Shown here: one piece after another, positions 6,879 to 13,558 of the stretch
How positions within the stretch are numbered: the first letter of the stretch is position 1
How the letters are laid out: each line of letters begins with the position of its first letter
Source: a virus
Lineage: Duplodnaviria > Heunggongvirae > Uroviricota > Caudoviricetes
Reading direction: 5' to 3' (one strand)
IMG/VR virus record: IMGVR_UViG_2529292874_000020
DNA length: 13,558 nt
Translations under genes and position numbers: made by a program
Notes under the pieces: generated by a model
The model's input: the letters and a program-made list of their open reading frames with translations, nothing else
What the model was told of the DNA's origin: nothing
Database searches by the model: none

Positions 6879-7106
6879 ATGTTGAAAATTGATGCTATAG
6901 CGTTTTTTGGCAGCAAAACAAAGCTTGCCAATGTCGCAGGAGTTAGGCTGGCAAGCGTTGCTGCATGGGGGGAACTGGTTCCTGAAGGTCGCGCGATGCG
7001 CCTGCAAGAGGCATCCGGCGGGGAACTTCAGTACGACCCCAAAGTTTATGACGAATATCGTAAGGCAAAGCGGGCGGGGCGGTTGAACAATGAAAATCAC
7101 CACTGA
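6879..7106 (+). CDS. dicC: DicC-like Cro-type regulator
   Basis: 75-aa ORF divergent from dicA, with AAGGGG 6 nt before the ATG. MLKIDAIAFFGSKTKLA...GRAMRLQEASGGELQYDPKVY matches my recollection of DicC. Confidence 0.8.
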   Translation: MLKIDAIAFFGSKTKLANVAGVRLASVAAWGELVPEGRAMRLQEASGGELQYDPKVYDEYRKAKRAGRLNNENHH

Positions 7107-7641
7107 ACAGGTTTGTGAGGCTCTGGATACCTGGGTATGCCGACCAGGAATGACACAGGAGCAGGCGACGATATTAATCACGGAAGCATTCTGGGCTCTG
7201 AAAGAACGCCCGAACATCGATGTTCAACGCGTCACGTTTAATGATGGCGAGGTTGATCAACGGGCGCTGGGCGTTAACCGGGTGAAGATATTCGAACGCT
7301 GGAAAGCTATCGACACCAGAGATAAGCGTGACAAATTCACGGCGCTGATTCCGGCAATTATGGAGGCTATCCGGATCAGCGATTTCAGATTGTATTGTGA
7401 AATTACTGACGGAAAAAGCATTACGTACATGATCGCCGGGTTAAACAAAGAATATGGCGATGTGGTGGAGTCCGGGCTGCTTTTTGCGGATCCAGTTGTT
7501 GTGGAACGTGAGACTGACGAGCTTATAGAAAAAGCTATTGCTTTCAAGCACGCGTATCGTCAGCAATACCAATATTACTTTGCAGATAAACAAATGTCTG
7601 CCAGGGGGGCGTATGAGTATCGATGCACTACGATGGGCTAA
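7090..7641 (+). CDS. YdaT-like protein (prophage CII-like/YdaT family, function uncertain)
   Basis: 183-aa ORF whose start overlaps the dicC stop (ATGA-type coupling) and whose end overlaps the replication gene start. Position after the cro-like gene mirrors ydaS-ydaT in Rac. Family assignment is by recollection only. Confidence 0.55.
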   Translation: MKITTEQVCEALDTWVCRPGMTQEQATILITEAFWALKERPNIDVQRVTFNDGEVDQRALGVNRVKIFERWKAIDTRDKRDKFTALIPAIMEAIRISDFRLYCEITDGKSITYMIAGLNKEYGDVVESGLLFADPVVVERETDELIEKAIAFKHAYRQQYQYYFADKQMSARGAYEYRCTTMG

Positions 7642-8650
7642 AAAGGTGAAAACCGGCAGTTCATCCAGTAAGTCAGTATTGACCTGGCTTGCTGATATGT
7701 GCGGTGCCGATTTGTGTGCATACCCGTCTGTATCTGCACTGGCAGAAGTAACGGAACTGAACAAAAAGACTGTGCAGGACAGCTTACGACACCTGATGGA
7801 GATTGGGTTAATTGTTGATACCGGTGAGAGAAAAGGCAGAACAAAGCAAATTGTGGTGTACCGACTTATCGGTGTAGAAGAAAGTGTTGCCGAGCCTGAA
7901 TACACCCAAAAACGGGAGTCTTTAAAGGTGGGTAAAATTGGTGCTGTTAATAAAAACAGTACCGAAAATGGTTATGTTTCAGCACAAAACAGACCCAAAA
8001 ACAGAACTCTTAGCTGCATGGAAAATAACCAAAGACACCCAAATTTTCCATCAAAGACACCCAAAAACGGATCACGGAACCCAAAGGAACCCAAAGATCT
8101 AAACCCCACACATAACGCACGCGAGAGTGCTCCGACCAGTGAGCAGGAAGTTTTGTCGTTACAGGCAGCCCCCCCTGTATTCCTGTATGGCCTGAGCGAA
8201 CCCATCGGAAAATTCCCGATGAGCGATAGCTGGTATCCGTCACGGGATTTTCGACGACGGGCTGCGTTGTGGGGGATGGCTTTGCCGGAGACAGAGTTTA
8301 CACCTGCTGAGCTTGCCGCATTCCGGGATTACTGGATGGCGGAGGGGAAGGTTTTCACGCAGGTTCAGTGGGAGCAGAAATTTGCCCGTCACGTGCAGCA
8401 CGTCAGGGCACAGGTAAAACCAGTCAGCAAGGGGGTAAGCCATGCAGCACCAGGTGGCACCGCATCACGGGCAGTTCAGGAAATTCGGGCAGCACGTGAA
8501 CAGTGGGAACGTGAAAACGGATTTATCAGCAACGGAAACGGCCTGGAAGCTGTGGGAACTTATGGGGGAGGTGTATTCGAACCGCTGGACCCAGAAGAAC
8601 GGGGCTGCGCCGTCGAAGCTCTGGATTGCTCAGATTGGCGCGATGACTGA
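7613..8650 (+). CDS. Replication initiation protein (N-terminal HTH domain, C-terminal DnaT-like domain)
   Basis: Likely start is the ATG at 7613 (MSIDALRWAKK...), preceded by AGGGGGG; the track ORF starts 25 codons earlier. The C-terminal segment WYPSRDFRRRAALWGMALPETEFTPAELAAFRDYWMAEGKVFTQVQWEQKFARHVQ resembles the DnaT C-terminal domain. Internal iteron-like repeats. The 3' end overlaps the next gene by 209 nt. Confidence 0.7.
   Translation: MSIDALRWAKKVKTGSSSSKSVLTWLADMCGADLCAYPSVSALAEVTELNKKTVQDSLRHLMEIGLIVDTGERKGRTKQIVVYRLIGVEESVAEPEYTQKRESLKVGKIGAVNKNSTENGYVSAQNRPKNRTLSCMENNQRHPNFPSKTPKNGSRNPKEPKDLNPTHNARESAPTSEQEVLSLQAAPPVFLYGLSEPIGKFPMSDSWYPSRDFRRRAALWGMALPETEFTPAELAAFRDYWMAEGKVFTQVQWEQKFARHVQHVRAQVKPVSKGVSHAAPGGTASRAVQEIRAAREQWERENGFISNGNGLEAVGTYGGGVFEPLDPEERGCAVEALDCSDWRDD
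7990..8097. repeat. Iteron-like direct repeats (ACCCAAA core) inside the replication initiator gene; candidate prophage origin
   Basis: AAAGACACCCAAA is repeated exactly at 8031-8043 and 8054-8066. GAACCCAAAG occurs in tandem at 8077-8096. A further ACAGACCCAAAAACAG copy sits at 7990-8005. The repeats encode a low-complexity P/K/N-rich linker, as with the lambda ori inside O. Confidence 0.45.
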
Positions 8651-9104
8651 ACAGCAAATCCGGCAGGTCTGCCGTCAGTGCATGGACCGCTGCCGGGCGG
8701 GTGAAACGTGGCCTCCGGATCTGGCTGAGTTTGTGGCGTTGATTTCGGAGAGCGGGGCAAATCCATTTGGCCTGACGGTGGATGCCGTGATGGAGGAGTA
8801 CCGTCGCTGGAGGAATGAATCCTGGCGGTACGACGGGAGTGATAAGTACCCGTGGTCTCAGCCTGTGCTGTATCACATTTGCCTCGAGATGCGTTCAAAG
8901 GGGATTGAGCGCCAGATGACCGAAGGGGAATTAAAACGGCTTGCAGAACGGCAACTGACGAAATGGGCAAAGCATGTTAGTAACGGCCTGAGCGTTCCGC
9001 CAGTCCGGCGACAACTGGCAGCACCCAAACGCCCGCCAGGGCCAACGCCAATTGAGTTGCTGAAACAGGAATATGAACGCCGGAAAGCGGCTGGTTTTGT
9101 CTGA
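8442..9104 (+). CDS. Replication protein, lambda P N-terminal-domain-like
   Basis: 220-aa ORF with ATG at 8442 preceded by AAGGGGG. The segment LWIAQIGAMTEQQIRQVCRQCMDRCRAGETWPPDLAEFVALIS aligns by eye with the lambda P N-terminal region (EQVNAGMRVARRQNRPFLPSPGQFVAWC). Confidence 0.6.
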   Translation: MQHQVAPHHGQFRKFGQHVNSGNVKTDLSATETAWKLWELMGEVYSNRWTQKNGAAPSKLWIAQIGAMTEQQIRQVCRQCMDRCRAGETWPPDLAEFVALISESGANPFGLTVDAVMEEYRRWRNESWRYDGSDKYPWSQPVLYHICLEMRSKGIERQMTEGELKRLAERQLTKWAKHVSNGLSVPPVRRQLAAPKRPPGPTPIELLKQEYERRKAAGFV

Positions 9105-9138
9105 GTTGAGAAGTGATTTTTTACCGGGAGGAAATTTA

Positions 9139-9873
9139 ATGGAAACTGTTTTTGACGCACTGAAAGCGATGGGAAAAGCCACGTCGGTATAGCTGGCTGC
9201 GCGACTTGATATCAGTCGTGAAGAAGTACTGAACGAGCTGTGGGAACTGAAAAAGGCTGGCTTCGTTGATAAAAGCGTATACACCTGGCGTGTGGCTGAT
9301 AACAACGTTCAGCAGGAACAGCCAGCGCCAGAAGAAACCACCACGGCAACAGAAGCGAAAATCTCAGAGTGCGATTTAACCGCGACGATTGAACAACGCG
9401 GACCACAAACGGCGGATGAACTGGCTACGCTGTTCGGTACAACATCCCGCAAAGTTGCTTCAACGCTGGCAATGGCAATCAGCAAAGGTCGTCTGATTCG
9501 CGTAAATCAGGACGGTAAATATCGTTACTGCATACCAGGCGATAATTTACCGGCAGAGCCGAAAGTTGAATCGGTAGCGGAAACCGATGGTAAAGCCTTT
9601 CCTCAGCCAGCCGGTGTTGCGTTACCGGTACAGAAAGATGCAACACAGGAAGATATTAAAACAGAAACTGTGGCGGACATTGTGCAGTCGCTGCCATCGT
9701 TTACTGCAACGCGAGAAGATGATTTGATTTTGCCATCGCTGCATATGGCAAATCGCGAACTGCGTAGGGCGAAGAATCATGTCCAGAAGTGGGAGCGAGT
9801 CTGCGCCGCGCTGCGGGAGCTGAACAAGCACCGGGATATGGTTGCCGGGATTTGTCGGAAGTCCGGGCAATGA
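9139..9873 (+). CDS. Hypothetical phage protein with in-frame amber codon at 9190-9192 (track reports only the 9292-9873 part)
   Basis: ATG at 9139 has a strong GGGAGGAAA RBS. The frame reads [17 protein letters not shown], then TAG, then [25 protein letters not shown]..., continuous and in frame with the 193-aa track ORF. The N-terminal text looks like a small winged-helix-type domain. Confidence 0.5.
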
Positions 9874-10002
9874 GCGGATGGTGCAGGCCTGAAATCATGA
9901 TACTAACAATGAAGGTAAAATGCATCGGCAGTCTGATTGGTCGTAGTGAGGCGGCGGTCAGGATGAAAGCCCAGGTTAAGGGAATAAGCCTGATTCTGCG
10001 GG

Positions 10003-10470
10003 GTGATTTTCACCAGTCAACAAAATATCCGTAGCGCGATAACGGTCAAAAATTATGGCGCTGACACTTTTGTGCCACTGGAGATGACTGTACCTAAGTT
10101 CAGGGGAGAAGAACACGTCCGGTGGGATGGTCGGGCCAGATTTAAAGGGCAGGTCATGGCTCCAGCCTGTACGCTGGCAATGGAGGCTGCCTGGCGGGAA
10201 ATTGATATGGGAACCACGCCACTCAGGGATTTACTGCCGGTCCAGAGAATAAATTCCTGTTACGGTTACACCACTGTGATCTTGCAAGTGCAGGAAAGTA
10301 GGTCTACACGGTAACGCGAGTGCGTGTAACTTTTGATGTCATTCCCGTAGAAACACCGGACAAATTTTCGCTGACAGGTCATGCAGAAGGTATAAATCTG
10401 CAGATTATGGACAATTACGGATATCCGGCAAGAGCCGGAAAAAGCATGCCGCCTCTAATTCTCAGTGGAA
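10003..10470 (+). pseudogene. Possible decayed fimbrial-subunit-like gene remnant
   Basis: Two adjacent frames give pilin-like text: RFKGQVMAPACTL...(28 aa)...C, resembling the conserved FKGxVVxxxC Cys pair of major fimbrial subunits, and later GINLQIMDNYGYPARAG, resembling the C-terminal VGVQILD-type strand. There is no signal peptide or intact ORF. Confidence 0.25.
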
Positions 10471-10540
10471 GATGGACTTGATTATACTCATTGCATTGTC
10501 AGAAATAGTTATCCATTAAAGGCTGGCTATTCCAAACAGG

Positions 10541-10568
10541 ATGTTGATTACAAAAATGTAATCAACAT
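10541..10568. promoter_or_regulatory. 28-bp near-perfect palindrome (12-bp arms, AAAA spacer) in the AT-rich leader of the ModA-like gene; candidate operator
   Basis: ATGTTGATTACA-AAAA-TGTAATCAACAT, about 165 bp upstream of the ATG at 10733, followed by a TATAAT hexamer at 10595-10600. Confidence 0.35.
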
Positions 10569-10732
10569 GTAAGGTTTATACTCTTCAATATGCGTATAAT
10601 TTTCCTTATTTTGTTGACTTTAAATAACAAGCTATGCACGAGGTAAAGTCGGATAAGTTTATCTGGATGTAATATATATTATTTGTAGTGTTTATAACTT
10701 TATTTCATGATAACCAATAAAAGGAGTTTTTT

Positions 10733-11491
10733 ATGAGGAACATAATGGCAGGTTTTTTAATATTCCTGTCTTCTGCTGCTTATGCTGATATCAATCTGTA
10801 TGGTCCTGGTGGCCCGCATACAGCCTTGCTTGATGCAGCCAAACTTTATGCCGAAAAAACAGGTATTATAGTGAACGTTCATTACGGCCCACAGAACAAA
10901 TGGAATGAAGATGCCAAAAAAAATGCAGATATCTTGTTTGGCGCATCAGAACAATCTGCTCTGGCTATCATTCGGGACCATAAAGACAGCTTCAGTGAAA
11001 AAGATATTCAGCCTCTTTATCTGCGAAAAAGTATTTTACTGGTAAAGAAAGGTAATCCTAAAAATATCCGGAGTATTGACGACCTGACCAGACCTGGGAT
11101 TGGCGTAATTGTTAATGATGGTGGTGGTACCAGTAATACATCAGGCACTGGCGTCTGGGAAGATATTGCCGGACGTAAAGGGAATATAGAAACTGTCGCC
11201 GCAATCCGAAAAAATATTATTTTATATGCGCCCAATAGCGGAACTGCACGTAAGGCTCTTGAGAATCAGCCTGGAGCAGATGTCTGGATAACCTGGGCTG
11301 ACTGGGCAGCCAGTAATCCAGAAATTGGTGATGTCGTGGAAATAGCGCCAGACTACGTGATATGGCGTGATATGAACATTACAGTACGTCAGGATGCAAA
11401 TGATGAAACCCGTCGATTTGCAGAATGGCTACAAACCGATGAAGCGGCGCCTGCATTCAAAAAATATGGCTGGACCAGGAAAGGCACTTGA
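10733..11491 (+). CDS. Orphan periplasmic substrate-binding protein, ModA/TupA-like (PBP type II fold), with signal peptide
   Basis: 252-aa ORF with AAGGAG RBS. N-terminal signal peptide MRNIMAGFLIFLSSAAYA. The mature protein matches the ModA-type oxyanion-binding layout by eye (ADILFGASEQ vs ModA PADLFISADQ; C-terminal FKKYGW vs ModA FKRYGF). No permease or ATPase genes are adjacent. The leader is AT-rich. Confidence 0.75.
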   Translation: MRNIMAGFLIFLSSAAYADINLYGPGGPHTALLDAAKLYAEKTGIIVNVHYGPQNKWNEDAKKNADILFGASEQSALAIIRDHKDSFSEKDIQPLYLRKSILLVKKGNPKNIRSIDDLTRPGIGVIVNDGGGTSNTSGTGVWEDIAGRKGNIETVAAIRKNIILYAPNSGTARKALENQPGADVWITWADWAASNPEIGDVVEIAPDYVIWRDMNITVRQDANDETRRFAEWLQTDEAAPAFKKYGWTRKGT

Positions 11492-11496
11492 CATCC

Positions 11497-11523
11497 TCGT
11501 CCTTCAGGACGTGGATTCTTTTT
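11497..11523 (+). terminator. Weak hairpin plus T-run after the ModA-like gene
   Basis: CGTCC-ttca-GGACG stem-loop at 11498-11511, followed by a TTCTTTTT tract to 11523. Short stem, so low confidence. Confidence 0.3.
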
Positions 11524-11610
11524 CCGGATGCCGCGCCAGCGGCATGTAGGGGCAGCTCACAAAACGGAAAAAATTGTACGCTAAGCCTCGCCAGGTGAAC
11601 TGAATTCATT

Positions 11611-11634
11611 CCGATATGGGAATTCCCATATCGG
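11611..11634. repeat. Perfect 24-bp palindrome CCGATATGGG-AATT-CCCATATCGG in the hok upstream region
   Basis: Exact inverted repeat read directly from the sequence, embedded in a wider imperfect dyad (GAATTCATT...). Function unknown: mRNA fold-back element or protein-binding site. Confidence 0.5.
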
Positions 11635-11826
11635 GCGAAAACGGTTTGCTGTAACGGCAGAGTTAAGTAGGATTGCTGCGGGTGCTTGAGGCTATCTGCC
11701 TCGGGCATGAACACCAACGGCAGATAGATAAAAGCCCCACCCGACTATAAATCGAAGTGAGGCCCCTATATGCTCGTCACATATAGATTGCCTCTTACGG
11801 ACCGAAAGGTCAAGGAGAAGCAGGCT

Positions 11827-11982
11827 ATGAAGCAGCAAAAGGCGATGTTAATCGCCCTGATCGTCATCTGTTTAATCGTCATAGTGACGGCACTGGTAAC
11901 GAGGAAAGACCTCTGCGAGGTACGAATCCGAACCGGCCAGACGGAGGTCGCTGTCTTCACAGCTTACGAACCTGAGGAGTAA
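11827..11982 (+). CDS. hokD: Hok-family type I toxin, HokD/RelF-like
   Basis: 51-aa ORF MKQQKAMLIALIVICLIVIVTALVTRKDLCEVRIRTGQTEVAVFTAYEPEE with a single transmembrane segment and the conserved Hok C-terminus. AAGGAG RBS 8 nt upstream. The track ORF 11770-11982 is the same frame with a 19-codon upstream extension. Confidence 0.85.
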   Translation: MKQQKAMLIALIVICLIVIVTALVTRKDLCEVRIRTGQTEVAVFTAYEPEE

Positions 11983-12051
11983 GAGACCAGGCGGGGGAGA
12001 AATCCCTCGCCACCTCTGATGTGTCAGGCATCCTCAACGCACCCGCACTTA

Positions 12052-12080
12052 ACCCGCTTCGGCGGGTTTTTGTTTTTATT
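12052..12080 (+). terminator. Rho-independent terminator downstream of hok
   Basis: ACCCGC-TTCG-GCGGGT stem with a UUCG tetraloop at 12052-12067, followed by TTTTTGTTTTTATTTT. Confidence 0.8.
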
Positions 12081-12202
12081 TTCAACGCGTTTGAAGTTCC
12101 GGACGGCGCCGGAATAGAATCAAAAATACTTAAGTAGCGCGCAGGGAGAAGAGGGATGGACCCCGAACAGGGGAGTGCTATTTATCTGGAAGGATTCTGT
12201 TG

Positions 12203-12460
12203 ATGAGAATCGAAGAATTACGTGAAATTTTTAGTGAAGATGGCCTCTATACTGTGCGCGTTGAGAAGGGCGCTATTGTCAGCCACTGCCGTATTAAATG
12301 TTTACAGTCTCAACAAAGGAAGAGTGGAGCTGCGTTAATTCATTTTGTGGATGGGCTTGTGACGGATGGTTTTATTTTGCGTGCAAATGAATTTGTCACA
12401 TCGTTGCCGTCTCTGAAAGAAGCTGGGATTAAGGCTGGTTTTTCTGCTTTTGAAGATTAG
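12203..12460 (+). CDS. Hypothetical 85-aa protein (Rem-like by position next to hokD)
   Basis: ATG at 12203 (track starts on TTG at 12200), with GGAAGGA upstream. It occupies the position rem holds downstream of hokD in Qin. No sequence-level confirmation. Confidence 0.5.
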   Translation: MRIEELREIFSEDGLYTVRVEKGAIVSHCRIKCLQSQQRKSGAALIHFVDGLVTDGFILRANEFVTSLPSLKEAGIKAGFSAFED

Positions 12461-12529
12461 TGAATTCATCTACAATTCAGCGCAGGGCTGAACCCCTGTT
12501 GAGTAACACTGTGCCACCGGAGAAAGCCG

Positions 12530-12808
12530 ATGGCGCAAAATTCCAGACTACACAATTCTGATAATTCAGCCGTCTTTGCCAGCAGGCACGGGCGGCGTTC
12601 TCATGCATTCAAATCTGACTGGTTCCGGCACGCCCCATGCACTGAAGAACAGGCCGAATGGCTGATTCAGAACTACCGCAGACGTGGGTATGAGTTTAGG
12701 AAAGCCCTCAGCCTCGATTATCGTCACTGGATAATCTACGTCAGGCTGCCGTACTCCGAGCGCCCACCGCGTCCGTCCCGCACATTCCAGCAACGCATCT
12801 GGAGGTAA
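12530..12808 (+). CDS. Hypothetical 92-aa basic protein
   Basis: ATG at 12530 with GGAGAAAG RBS. Its stop overlaps the GGAGG RBS of the next gene. Confidence 0.45.
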   Translation: MAQNSRLHNSDNSAVFASRHGRRSHAFKSDWFRHAPCTEEQAEWLIQNYRRRGYEFRKALSLDYRHWIIYVRLPYSERPPRPSRTFQQRIWR

Positions 12809-12809
12809 C

Positions 12810-13244
12810 GTGCGGGTATTACTTCGACCTGTTCCGGTACCGGAACTTGGGTTGGTGGTCCTTAAACCAGGCCGTGAATCCATGCAGGTATTCCATAACC
12901 CTCGAGTGCTTGTGGAGCCGGAGCCGAAAAGCATGCGCGGTCTGCCGTCCGGCATCGTACCTGCCGTTCACCAGCCGCTGGCGGAAGATAAATCACTACT
13001 GCCATTTTTCAGCGATGAGCGGGTGATCCGTGCTGCGGGTGGCGCTGGTGCACTGTCTGACTGGTTATTACGTCACGTGAAATCCTGCCAGTGGCCTCAT
13101 GGTGATTATCATCACAGCGAAACCGTCATTCACCGTTACGGTACCGGCGCGATGGTGTTGTGCTGGCACTGCGACAACCAGCTGCGTGACCAGACATCCG
13201 AATCACTGAGCAACTTGCTCAACAGAATCTGGCCGCCTGGATGA
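12810..13244 (+). CDS. Hypothetical 144-aa protein with Cys/His cluster (possible metal-binding; DUF968/YdfU-like is a guess)
   Basis: GTG start at 12810 with GGAGG 4 nt upstream. Contains CQWPHGDYHHSETVIHRYGTGAMVLCWHCDN. Its stop overlaps the next start (ATGA). Confidence 0.45.
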   Translation: MRVLLRPVPVPELGLVVLKPGRESMQVFHNPRVLVEPEPKSMRGLPSGIVPAVHQPLAEDKSLLPFFSDERVIRAAGGAGALSDWLLRHVKSCQWPHGDYHHSETVIHRYGTGAMVLCWHCDNQLRDQTSESLSNLLNRIWPPG

Positions 13245-13558
13245 TTGACATCATCCGTCACGCAATGAATGGCGCACAGGAGCGTGAATTATCTCTGGCT
13301 GAATTATCCTGGTGGGCGGTCCGCAATCAGGTGGCGGACGCGCTACCGGAAGCGGTATTACGTCGTTCGCTGGGGTTGCGTGCGGAAAAAATCCGCTCCG
13401 TATACCGTGAAAGCGACATCGTACCGGGAGAACAGACCGCCACCAGCATACTGAAGCAGCGCACAAAAAATATTGCGCTACCGCCTCACACCCACCAGCA
13501 ACAGAACCCACCACAGGAAAAGACGGTGGTCAGCATTGCCGTTGATCCGGAGTCTCCG
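13241..13558 (+). CDS. Hypothetical protein, 5' partial (runs off the window end)
   Basis: ATG at 13241 overlapping the upstream stop. The frame is open for 106 codons to the window edge (MIDIIRHAMNGAQERELSLAELSWWAV...). Not in the supplied track because it has no stop in the window. Confidence 0.4.
   Translation, partial: MIDIIRHAMNGAQERELSLAELSWWAVRNQVADALPEAVLRRSLGLRAEKIRSVYRESDIVPGEQTATSILKQRTKNIALPPHTHQQQNPPQEKTVVSIAVDPESP

Noticed and set aside
7257-9406. Minus-strand ORFs across the replication genes (7257-7547, 7441-7905, 7638-7844, 7972-8443, 8526-8970, 8873-9305, 9212-9406)
   Set aside because: Antisense shadows of well-supported plus-strand genes; Pro/Arg/Ser-rich; no RBS.
9622-9925. 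Minus-strand ORFs 9622-9870 and 9701-9925
   Set aside because: Antisense to the 9139-9873 gene; low-complexity translations.
9789-10034. Small plus-strand ORF (81 aa; internal ATGs at 9897 and 9909)
   Set aside because: No convincing RBS and it overlaps the end of the preceding gene; it may belong to the decayed remnant region. Kept only as a note.
11770-11826. mok-type overlapping reading frame for hok
   Set aside because: The only upstream ORF is in frame with hok (an N-terminal extension), not a separate overlapping frame as in plasmid hok/mok; treated as a possible alternative start, not a distinct gene.
11457-11960. Minus-strand ORFs 11457-11717 and 11766-11960 in the hok locus
   Set aside because: They overlap the hok leader and coding sequence in antisense; hok loci are regulated by small antisense RNAs, not antisense proteins.
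12566-12955. 129-aa minus-strand ORF
   Set aside because: Antisense to two RBS-supported plus-strand genes; Pro/Gly/Arg-rich.
1-13558. Looked for tRNA genes, CRISPR repeats, IS elements and att core repeats
   Set aside because: No tRNA-like T-loop with acceptor context, no regularly spaced repeat array and no transposase-like ORF was seen. The window begins at the int stop codon, so attL is expected just outside.

Overview
This window reads as the left ~13.5 kb of a Qin/DicA-type lambdoid prophage of an E. coli-like enterobacterium, starting exactly at the integrase stop codon (the att site lies outside the window). All identifications are from reading translations and motifs by eye; no database search was run. 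Left to right: int and overlapping xis (minus strand); a large RecE-like gene with a DnaQ-type (DEDDh) exonuclease domain, broken by three single-base homopolymer frameshifts and one in-frame TGA; a dicB-type early-left operon (ydfD-like, dicB, DicF sRNA, ydfC-like) carrying an AT-rich two-gene convergent cassette; a small zinc-ribbon gene; the dicA/dicC immunity switch with three evenly spaced dyad operators; a YdaT-like gene; replication genes (HTH/DnaT-domain initiator with internal iteron-like repeats, lambda-P-like protein); a gene with an in-frame amber codon; a decayed fimbrial-subunit-like remnant; an orphan ModA-like periplasmic binding protein behind an AT-rich leader with a 28-bp palindrome; a hokD/relF-like type I toxin with no relBE upstream; and three or four tightly packed small genes running off the right edge. 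No tRNA, CRISPR array or IS element was seen. The strongest candidates for something undescribed are the AT-rich cassette at 4899-5517 and the orphan ModA-like moron at 10733-11491. The number of homopolymer indels means sequence quality should be checked before any pseudogene is treated as biological.
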